Below are positions 57,030 through 64,000 of a stretch of DNA of 64,000 bases, one piece after another. The notes under the pieces were generated by a model. It worked only from the letters and a program-made list of their open reading frames with translations. It did no database searches and was not told the origin of the DNA. How positions within the stretch are numbered: the stretch's first letter is position 1; the number at the start of each line of letters is the position of its first letter. The translations under genes and the position numbers were made by a program. This stretch comes from an uncultured Planctomycetia bacterium (lineage in GTDB: Bacteria > Omnitrophota > Gorgyraeia > Gorgyraeales > Gorgyraeaceae): positions 138,475-202,474 of the forward strand of contig CAYPYS010000002.1 of NCBI GenBank assembly GCA_964415355.1, given 5' to 3'.

Positions 57030-57066
57030 TAAGTTTACACTTTAACGTTGTTGAAATGTAAAGTTA
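57030..57066. repeat. 37-bp hybrid palindrome; encodes a GT2 C-terminus
   Basis: taagtttacactttaac-gtt-gttgaaatgtaaagtta. Confidence 0.94.
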
Positions 57067-57886
57067 GGTAGAGGTGGATTTTTATCTCATATAATAATAT
57101 AAAAGGTAGATTTGATATAATGCCCCATAGGGAGTCGTTTTTTCTCATACATCTATATCTGTTCCTGATATACATTTTTTTTAGATCATTTGATAAATAC
57201 GGGAAGTTCAGGCCTTTCTTTCCCCCTGACGTGCCGCCTCTCTCATGATAAGCAATTGCCTTCGGGCTATAATAAGCCTTCCATCCCTTTTTCTGTGCCC
57301 TCCAGCATATGTCTAGATCCTCATAGTACATACCAAATGTCTCGTCAAAATACCCATTTTCATCCTTTATATCCATGAGCATGCGTTTCCTGAAAAATGC
57401 GCATGCGCCGCTCGCGCCAAAAACATAGCCTGGGTCTTCGTATTGCCTCTTATCCGGTTTACCATAGCCTCTTTCTGCGGGCTTTCTATCCCTTCCTACA
57501 AACAAGCCTGTCGAATCGATGGTCTTTTTATCATTTCTCAAGATCTTGCCGCTGACCATGCCGATCCTGGGATCAAGGCCAATGGCCCTTAGTGCCTCTT
57601 TTAAATAATCCTTATCCAAGATCACGTCATTGTTAAGACACAGCATAAAGTTGCCCTTAGCTGCTCCTATCCCTTGATTATAAGCCTTGCAGAATAATAA
57701 ATTCCGCGCGTTCCATATAAGCCTGGCTTCAGGGTAATACATCCTTACCATCTCAACGCTGCCATCAGTAGACGCATTGTCGACAACTATGATTTCTATA
57801 TCCTTGAAACCCTGGCCCCTGACAGAATCAAGGCACTGCCTCAGCAAATCTTTTCTGTTGTAATTTGCTACTATTACAGAAATCAT
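57035..57886 (-). CDS. Glycosyltransferase family 2 (GT2-like c)
   Basis: VDNASTDGS, LNNDV, GACAF, YYEDLD. Confidence 0.92.
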   Translation of the reverse strand: MISVIVANYNRKDLLRQCLDSVRGQGFKDIEIIVVDNASTDGSVEMVRMYYPEARLIWNARNLLFCKAYNQGIGAAKGNFMLCLNNDVILDKDYLKEALRAIGLDPRIGMVSGKILRNDKKTIDSTGLFVGRDRKPAERGYGKPDKRQYEDPGYVFGASGACAFFRKRMLMDIKDENGYFDETFGMYYEDLDICWRAQKKGWKAYYSPKAIAYHERGGTSGGKKGLNFPYLSNDLKKMYIRNRYRCMRKNDSLWGIISNLPFILLYEIKIHLYLTLHFNNVKV

Positions 57887-57900
57887 TATATCGCACTGGC

Positions 57901-57937
57901 TAACTTTACACTTTAACGTTGTTGAAATGTAAAGTTA
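57901..57937. repeat. 37-bp palindrome copy in the divergent intergenic region
   Basis: taactttacactttaac-gtt-gttgaaatgtaaagtta. Confidence 0.95.
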
Positions 57938-57947
57938 GGGTTTGGTG

Positions 57948-57976
57948 TTGCGTAACTTACCGCTGTATTTTATAAT
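57948..57976 (+). promoter_or_regulatory. Putative sigma70 promoter TTGCGT-17-TATAAT
   Basis: 17-bp spacing; ATG 57987 follows 10 bp later, implying a very short leader. Confidence 0.55.
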
Positions 57977-57986
57977 ATATTATATC

Positions 57987-59639
57987 ATGAACAAGGAAAC
58001 TAATCTAAAAAAGATATCACCTCCATTGTTTTTTTTGTTTCTGTTATTTGTCTTTATCCGTCCCTTTGTCTCGGAAATAGCTTACCCCGTAATCAGCGGA
58101 TATATGCGAACAGCTGTCTTAATGTTATTTCTCGCAAGCCTGTTGTCTAGTAAGGAGTTCCGGATTGCAAAAAATCTCTTTAACAAACCCCTGTTGCTCT
58201 ACTGTATCGCGATAGCCATATCCCTGCTTTACACTATAAATCTACGCGCTAGCCTGCATCAAATATACCAATTAACTCCGCTATTGTGCCTTTTTTATCT
58301 CGCCCTGAATCTGGAAAAAAACCAGTCCGTTAAATTAGTAATCCTCCTGGTACTTGCAGCGTCGGTGTTGAGTATTTATGGGGCATGCCAATACCTCTGG
58401 GGATTTGAGAATACAAAAAATTACCTAAGTCTGCACATGAAGGACATGCTGCAGGCAAGATATGCCAGAGAAATACTTATGACGAAAAGAGCGATTGCTA
58501 CATTTTTTTCGCCAAATATGTTTGCGGTATTTCTCGCAATGACCATACCGCTCTGCGCGGGACTTTTATTGGACAATCTAAAAAATAAAAAACGTAGATT
58601 GTTTTTTGGCTTTTCTGCGATATGTATGCTTACGGCGCTTCTTCTTACAAAATCTATGGCCGGGGCCATAAGCATGTGTTTCGGCGCTATCATATTCTTT
58701 GCTTTTGCCTGTCATCGGCCATCCAAAAAAATATTCATCTTTCTCGTGTTTATATTATTATTGCCTCTATTTTTACTATTATTACGCTCTGACATGTTTG
58801 TCAATATCTTAAATCAGCAAAATACAATATTACAGCGATTAAGTTTCTGGAGAAGCGCATCGGAGATCATCAAGGATTTTACCCTTAGGGGAGTCGGGAT
58901 AGGGAACTTTGCAAATGCCTATCCAGGATACAGAGAACTCGTAGCGAACGAAACAAGATTGGCCCATAATGTATTCCTGCAAACCTGGGCTGAGGCGGGG
59001 CTATTAGGCATGATCTCTATGATCTTATTGGTATGGGCCTTCATAAAAAGCTCCTTAAGGATCGAAAAGAATTTTTTTAACATAGGACTTATTGCCTCGG
59101 GCTATGTGTTTTTAATAAACAATCTGTTTGATTTTTCTTATTTCATACCACAGGTTTCATATCTATGGTGGATAAATTTGGGCCTTGTGGCACAAAACCT
59201 TAAGCGCCAGGACACCAGAACTAACTATAGATTAAAATTATTTATTGCCTTAATGGTTTTAATGATAATATATTTGAATGTAAAATCCACCATTGCGTCA
59301 GCTTATTTCCAAAGAGAAGATTACAGAAAGGCAATCGCCCTGGAGCCTTATAATGACTTATACTATGCGAGAATAAACGAATACGACAAGGCCATTGCCC
59401 TTAATCCTCGCTCTCCCTTCTATCACAAAAACCTGGCCCTATCATACCTTGATAAAAACATGATAAAAGAAGCTATCGCAGAGCTAGAAAAGGCCTCTGA
59501 GCTGTATCCTGCGGATGAGTCATTGCACCAGCAATTGTTCGATTTATACACTGCGACAGGGCAAAAAGAAAAAGCTGAAAAAGAGAGGCTCAGGCTTGAA
59601 GAATTTCATTCAAAATATTCAGGATATTTTATCAGATAG
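57987..59639 (+). CDS. O-antigen ligase (Wzy_C) family protein with C-terminal TPR
   Basis: Multi-TM; TFFSPN, RL.FW, GVGIGNF, AHNVFLQ.WAEAG; C-terminal TPR repeats. Confidence 0.88.
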   Translation: MNKETNLKKISPPLFFLFLLFVFIRPFVSEIAYPVISGYMRTAVLMLFLASLLSSKEFRIAKNLFNKPLLLYCIAIAISLLYTINLRASLHQIYQLTPLLCLFYLALNLEKNQSVKLVILLVLAASVLSIYGACQYLWGFENTKNYLSLHMKDMLQARYAREILMTKRAIATFFSPNMFAVFLAMTIPLCAGLLLDNLKNKKRRLFFGFSAICMLTALLLTKSMAGAISMCFGAIIFFAFACHRPSKKIFIFLVFILLLPLFLLLLRSDMFVNILNQQNTILQRLSFWRSASEIIKDFTLRGVGIGNFANAYPGYRELVANETRLAHNVFLQTWAEAGLLGMISMILLVWAFIKSSLRIEKNFFNIGLIASGYVFLINNLFDFSYFIPQVSYLWWINLGLVAQNLKRQDTRTNYRLKLFIALMVLMIIYLNVKSTIASAYFQREDYRKAIALEPYNDLYYARINEYDKAIALNPRSPFYHKNLALSYLDKNMIKEAIAELEKASELYPADESLHQQLFDLYTATGQKEKAEKERLRLEEFHSKYSGYFIR

Positions 59640-60164
59640 CCTAAAGGTGATCTTTTTAAGCGCTAAAGATAAAAGATTTACTATAATATAAACGCTCACA
59701 TTTATAAATCTGACTATAATATAAATTGCCTTAAAAGGCAGGGCTAGTATATTTTTAATGATTTCAAAAAAAGGCCTTACGCGCAAAAGATACCACTCGT
59801 CACAGTAATTGTACAAGAGTTTGGGGCATTTAAATCTTCGAAATGCCTTCCAGACCAGAAATGGGTTCAGGGACAAAATAACTACTGCATCAAAATCTCC
59901 CGCCAAAACCTCTGGGTCATTCGTAGTAAAAATATTTTCATGTGACACTACATGCGAAACGAGCCCTATTTTAAAATCAGGTAATATAATTTTACAGTCT
60001 GCGTTTTTAAATCTTTTTTTAATGCTCCCTACTGCCTTACGAAGGTGCTCTTCATAAGGAAGGCTTATAACGAGAATATTTTTTATTTTTCCTGGATCTA
60101 TGCTATCTTTACGAGCCAAGTCAATGAACAGTCTTCCTGTTTTTTTCAAAATATAATTTATCAT
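59619..60164 (-). CDS. Hypothetical protein (weak resemblance to a GT9 N-terminus)
   Basis: KIKNILVI...IKKRFKNA segment; hydrophobic C-terminus. Confidence 0.5.
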   Translation of the reverse strand: MINYILKKTGRLFIDLARKDSIDPGKIKNILVISLPYEEHLRKAVGSIKKRFKNADCKIILPDFKIGLVSHVVSHENIFTTNDPEVLAGDFDAVVILSLNPFLVWKAFRRFKCPKLLYNYCDEWYLLRVRPFFEIIKNILALPFKAIYIIVRFINVSVYIIVNLLSLALKKITFRLSDKIS

Positions 60165-60171
60165 GAGAAGC

Positions 60172-60243
60172 TAAGTTTACACCCCACTTTACTTCCTTAA
60201 GGACTCGCGGGGCATGCTTTAACGTTGTTGAAGTGTAAACTTA
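60172..60243. repeat. Palindrome copy interrupted by a 35-bp insert
   Basis: taagtttacac-[60183-60217]-tttaacgttgttgaagtgtaaactta. Confidence 0.85.
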
Positions 60244-61394
60244 TATAGTTCTTCCAGCTGGTTTGCTAATAAGTCCCAATTATATCTCTTTTCGACGAGC
60301 TGCCTGGCATTCCTCCCCAGCCAGGCCCGTTTTTTTGCATCTAAGGTAAGATCTATGACCTTGCTTGTGAAATCTTCAGGGTCATCTGCTATAGATATAT
60401 TCTCTCCGTCCATGACTTCTGTCACACCCTCGCAGCCGACAGAAGTCGAGACAACTGCTTTTTCCATTCCCCATGCTTCAAATAACTTTCCCCTCATGCC
60501 TGTGCCTGATCTTACAGGCATCACGAAGACCTTGCTTCTGGCTAGATAAGGTCGTATGTCTTTTACGTATCCGGTTACAGTAACGTTTTTATCCCGTTCA
60601 AGTGCCAGGATCGAATCTGGCGGGTCAAATCCCACTATTGTAAAATTAACCTTAGGAAGCTTTTTGCGTATCAATGGAAATATATCCCGGTAAAAATAAT
60701 GCACTGCATCGACATTCGGATGATGCCTAAAGAACCCTACAAATATAATATCCATATCCTCTTCTGCGCCTTTAGAAGGGCTGAAAAAGCCATGATCTAC
60801 GCCCATGGGTATCGCTGTTGCATCCAGGCCCGGTGAATATGATTTTAAAGCCGAGGCCTCGTTCTCTGTCATGGTAATCACCTTATCGAATCTATTGCAA
60901 ATCCTTGCCTCATATATCTCTTTTTTAAGCGCACTTCCCCACGTCTTCGCCTTCTCTGAAAATGACCTTCTTAGTCTTATCTCTCTTAACTGGGCCAAAT
61001 AGTGCAACTCGTGCTCTGTTAAAAACTTAATAGAGCATGAGTTATCCGGTGCATATTGAGCCATGATCAAATATTCAAAGTGCAAAATATCAAAATCCTC
61101 TTCATCTAATCTATTTTTGATCAGATCCTTCATTGGCTTATAGGAAAATTCGTCGATCATAGGAGGTAATATAGATAGTGCGTCTGCCCTCCACGGATAA
61201 TCTTTTTTTACTACATCAACTCTTTTGCACATCTTCTTTAATTCCGGTAAAAACCTTTCTTCCTCAGGGGCTATAAATGATACAAGGCTTACGCTATTTT
61301 TAGCTGTAAGCCTTTTGATCAATTCGAACATCCTGTTACATCCTGCATTTATGCCACGACAAGGGATATAAGGACAGATATAAAGAATCTTCAT
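60219..61394 (-). CDS. Glycosyltransferase family 4
   Basis: IPMGVD, FVG..HHPNVDA, GTGMRGKLFEAW, VSTSVGCEG, YNWD. Confidence 0.92.
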   Translation of the reverse strand: MKILYICPYIPCRGINAGCNRMFELIKRLTAKNSVSLVSFIAPEEERFLPELKKMCKRVDVVKKDYPWRADALSILPPMIDEFSYKPMKDLIKNRLDEEDFDILHFEYLIMAQYAPDNSCSIKFLTEHELHYLAQLREIRLRRSFSEKAKTWGSALKKEIYEARICNRFDKVITMTENEASALKSYSPGLDATAIPMGVDHGFFSPSKGAEEDMDIIFVGFFRHHPNVDAVHYFYRDIFPLIRKKLPKVNFTIVGFDPPDSILALERDKNVTVTGYVKDIRPYLARSKVFVMPVRSGTGMRGKLFEAWGMEKAVVSTSVGCEGVTEVMDGENISIADDPEDFTSKVIDLTLDAKKRAWLGRNARQLVEKRYNWDLLANQLEELYKFTLQQR

Positions 61395-61402
61395 GCTGAC
61401 GT

Positions 61403-63742
61403 TTATTTAAATTTCTCCAGGATAATGTCCTGCAATCTATTGCTTATTTTTTTCCAGTCATATTTCTCTGCGACCAGGGCAATGGCATCTTCTGACATGC
61501 GTCTGTGTAAAACATTATCTTTGTCCAACATATTTATATTGTCCGTGAATTTAGCAACAGAGCATGTCAATATAGGCTGCCTCCCGTTTGTCTTTATGCC
61601 GCGAGCCCCGCATTCCGTTGCTACGATAGGTAACCCATAGGACATGTAATCCAGCATCTTTATATTCACGCCTGATCCGCTAAACATAGGATTAATAGCT
61701 ATGTCCGAACTCTTTAATGCCTGGCCAAGTTTATTGTCAGATACCCTGCCCAGGAATTTTACGTTCCCCGGTATATCTTCGCCCTTAAATGCATCTGCTA
61801 TATTCCCGACTATTAAAAACGTAAATTCCTTGAGTTCAGGAGCTATTACGCGCAGAATAAACCTGACTGCATCTATGTTAGGCTTGTATAGCGCTGCGAC
61901 GAAAAGGACCACTTTTTTATCAAGCGGCAATCCTAGCTCTTTCTTGGAGAGCCCTTTCTCTTCGCGACTGGCCAGTTGTTTTGCATATGAACCATTGGGT
62001 ATTATGTATATTTTTTCTGGATTTACGCCGTAGATATTTACAAAGGATTGCTTTTCTTCTTCAGAGCAAGCCATAATCAGATCACTCTTCCTGCACGCGT
62101 CAGCCTCAGCCTTTTTAACATACTTTAAAATAAAACGTTTTAGCATATGTCTTTCCAGAATCCGGTCCATAAGTAAATATTCACAATTATGTGCATCATA
62201 GATAAAGATCTGCCCATTATTTTTACGCATAGATAAAGACGACCAGGGATGAGAGCATACCAATATATCTGCTTTTTGAGAACCAAGGATATGCCTAAAA
62301 TTTCGATCCGTGTGCATACATAAATAAGAAAAGAGATTAAGAAAATGGTTTTTTATGACCTTTCCCTCTATGGCGCGCCATGAATAATAATGCCGCGGAA
62401 ACGGGCTCAACACCTCTTTGAAATTATCGCGTATCCTATTAAAGGCGTATTTCTCCCCATTGGATACGCTATAGTCTACCCCGACATAAGTAATATCAAA
62501 CAGGTGTTCTGAAATATTGGAAAATAAATTCCAGATCCGCTTAGGGCCTCCCCAGAGCGGCGGATAAAGCCTGGCTGTATCGCTTATAAGCATTCTCAAT
62601 TTACTATTTTTAGGCTTAACTGCATTGATGCTTCTCCCTGTCTTTTCGATCTTTATTCGGTTGGTTTTTTTTCTGCGATCAAGACTCTCCTTTAAATACC
62701 TGCAAGTGGCTACAAAAGGATTGGCTTCGCTGTATCTTACTGCATAGTGCTGCAGACATGGACTTTTGCAATTATAAGCGATCTTGCGTACCTTACGAGC
62801 TTGTCGTGACTGCCATATGTCTTTTATGCTACTATGTTTGACATTGCCTATCAGATGCTTGCAGATGAAGGCCTCGCCATCAGGGCAGATATTCGGCCCC
62901 ATAAACCCAGCGTAACATCCCATAGAACTATTCCTTATCTTGCCTTTGAAGTATTCAGGGTATAGCCTTAGGGCGTATTCCGGATTATTGACCAGCCCGT
63001 TCTTCTTCTTGAACTCGATGATCTCCTCTATTACCCTGCTCAATATCTCTATCTCTTTCTCGTTCATGGCATATTTATTATCCCTGCTATCCAGCTCTAC
63101 ATTGCTAGCCATAGCAGGCATGATAGAGACATTCGCAAAGTTTAATTCCTTGCCCAATTTTATCAGATCCAGCGCTTCCTTTAAGTTTTCTTTCATCAAA
63201 ACATACGTAACGCCGATGCGCACGTCGGTCTTCCTGTCTTTGCTGATTTTTCGGATGAGCTTAATATTATTGATTATCCTGTCAAAACAACCTTTGACCC
63301 CGCGTATAGAATCATGCATCTCTGCAGTGGCCCCGTCCAGCGAAGTCTCGAGATAAAACTTATGGTGCGGCAGCTCCGTAAGCTTCTCTGCTATCTTTTC
63401 GTCTATCAGCGTCAGATTCGTATTGACATAAACAGTGTGATCTATCTTCTTTGAGGCATAGTCCAGTATTTCAAAAAAATCCTTTCTTATAAATGGCTCT
63501 CCCCCGCTCAAGACGATGTCACGAACACCCCAGGATGCCACATCCTCTACTATTTTTATGATTTCACTGAGGCTGATCTCTTCCTCGGGCCTTGTAGGAT
63601 GTTTGCGAATGTCACACATCTTGCATTTTAAATTACATCTTTTCGTAAGCAAGATCCCTGCGTAATCCGGTTTAACCAGTGGCGCGTTGAGTTTACGCGA
63701 AAGCCAGAATAAATATATTTTTTTTAATTCTTCTCTGGTCAT
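61403..63742 (-). CDS. Radical SAM/SPASM domain fused to a GT4 glycosyltransferase
   Basis: CNLKCKMC, SGGEP, SLDG, SPASM-like Cys region, then DAHNCE, IPNG, GSGVNIKMLDY, YDW. Confidence 0.88.
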   Translation of the reverse strand: MTREELKKIYLFWLSRKLNAPLVKPDYAGILLTKRCNLKCKMCDIRKHPTRPEEEISLSEIIKIVEDVASWGVRDIVLSGGEPFIRKDFFEILDYASKKIDHTVYVNTNLTLIDEKIAEKLTELPHHKFYLETSLDGATAEMHDSIRGVKGCFDRIINNIKLIRKISKDRKTDVRIGVTYVLMKENLKEALDLIKLGKELNFANVSIMPAMASNVELDSRDNKYAMNEKEIEILSRVIEEIIEFKKKNGLVNNPEYALRLYPEYFKGKIRNSSMGCYAGFMGPNICPDGEAFICKHLIGNVKHSSIKDIWQSRQARKVRKIAYNCKSPCLQHYAVRYSEANPFVATCRYLKESLDRRKKTNRIKIEKTGRSINAVKPKNSKLRMLISDTARLYPPLWGGPKRIWNLFSNISEHLFDITYVGVDYSVSNGEKYAFNRIRDNFKEVLSPFPRHYYSWRAIEGKVIKNHFLNLFSYLCMHTDRNFRHILGSQKADILVCSHPWSSLSMRKNNGQIFIYDAHNCEYLLMDRILERHMLKRFILKYVKKAEADACRKSDLIMACSEEEKQSFVNIYGVNPEKIYIIPNGSYAKQLASREEKGLSKKELGLPLDKKVVLFVAALYKPNIDAVRFILRVIAPELKEFTFLIVGNIADAFKGEDIPGNVKFLGRVSDNKLGQALKSSDIAINPMFSGSGVNIKMLDYMSYGLPIVATECGARGIKTNGRQPILTCSVAKFTDNINMLDKDNVLHRRMSEDAIALVAEKYDWKKISNRLQDIILEKFK

Positions 63743-63755
63743 GTCGACATCTTGA

Positions 63756-64000
63756 CTATTTTCTGTTTATAAAGTTGCAATTCAAAATCCTGCACGTCCT
63801 ATTGCAGCTCAAAATCTCTTTTCTTCTTTTTTGAGCTGTCTGACTATTCCAGATATCGCTCAATTTATTATCCAGGATATTTCCTATAGGTGCCATATTC
63901 CAGCATGTCAGGATATTCCCGTATTCATCGAGTATAATATTTTTTTCAGCTGTCATGCACCTGCTCTCTCTGTTGTATTCTTCTGGATTTTTAAAATATT
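63756..64000 (-). CDS. C-terminal SPASM domain of a radical SAM protein (5' part outside window)
   Basis: Frame open to the window edge; C...G....C...IGNI....IWNS...CxxxCxxxxC. Confidence 0.75.
   Translation of the reverse strand, partial: YFKNPEEYNRESRCMTAEKNIILDEYGNILTCWNMAPIGNILDNKLSDIWNSQTAQKRRKEILSCNRTCRILNCNFINRK

Noticed and set aside
3959-60243. CRISPR array (37-bp palindromic repeat)
   Set aside because: Copies are dispersed, in mixed orientation and separated by whole genes. Tandem pairs have only 2-5 bp between them, and there are no cas genes.
3959-60243. Repeats as intrinsic terminators
   Set aside because: AT-rich stems with no U-tract, located inside apparent operons and also between divergent genes.
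3959-60243. Repeats as adapter or assembly artifacts
   Set aside because: Copies differ with compensatory changes and are confined to gene boundaries.
65-63356. Numerous + strand ORFs in the track
   Set aside because: Antisense shadows of well-identified minus-strand genes; only the ligase-TPR gene is credible on +.

Overview
Core-genome window from an anaerobic bacterium; gene content suggests Ca. Omnitrophota (inference, not verified). It holds about 63 genes, all but one on the minus strand: a Wood-Ljungdahl cluster (acsC, acsB, cooF-like, cooS, cooC, metF, folD, fchA, fhs), translation and replication housekeeping genes, T2SS/T4P genes (gspH-like, gspG, two GspE/PilB ATPases, pilT), a TCA-like block and a surface-glycan locus. 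The outstanding signal is an AT-rich ~37-bp imperfect palindrome, TAACTTTACAYTTYAAC-N3-GTTRAARTGTAAAGTTA. I find 35 copies at 32 loci (32 intact, 1 interrupted, 2 half copies), at about half of all gene junctions and never deep inside a gene. It supplies the stop codon of 21 genes, occurs in both orientations almost equally (16 vs 17), shows compensatory arm changes and hybrid arms, has TA ends and attC-like flanks, and is paired three times with a dRS3-like GC hairpin. No transposase, integrase or cas gene is in the window, so its mechanism is unresolved. Counts were made by eye and should be confirmed with a motif scan.
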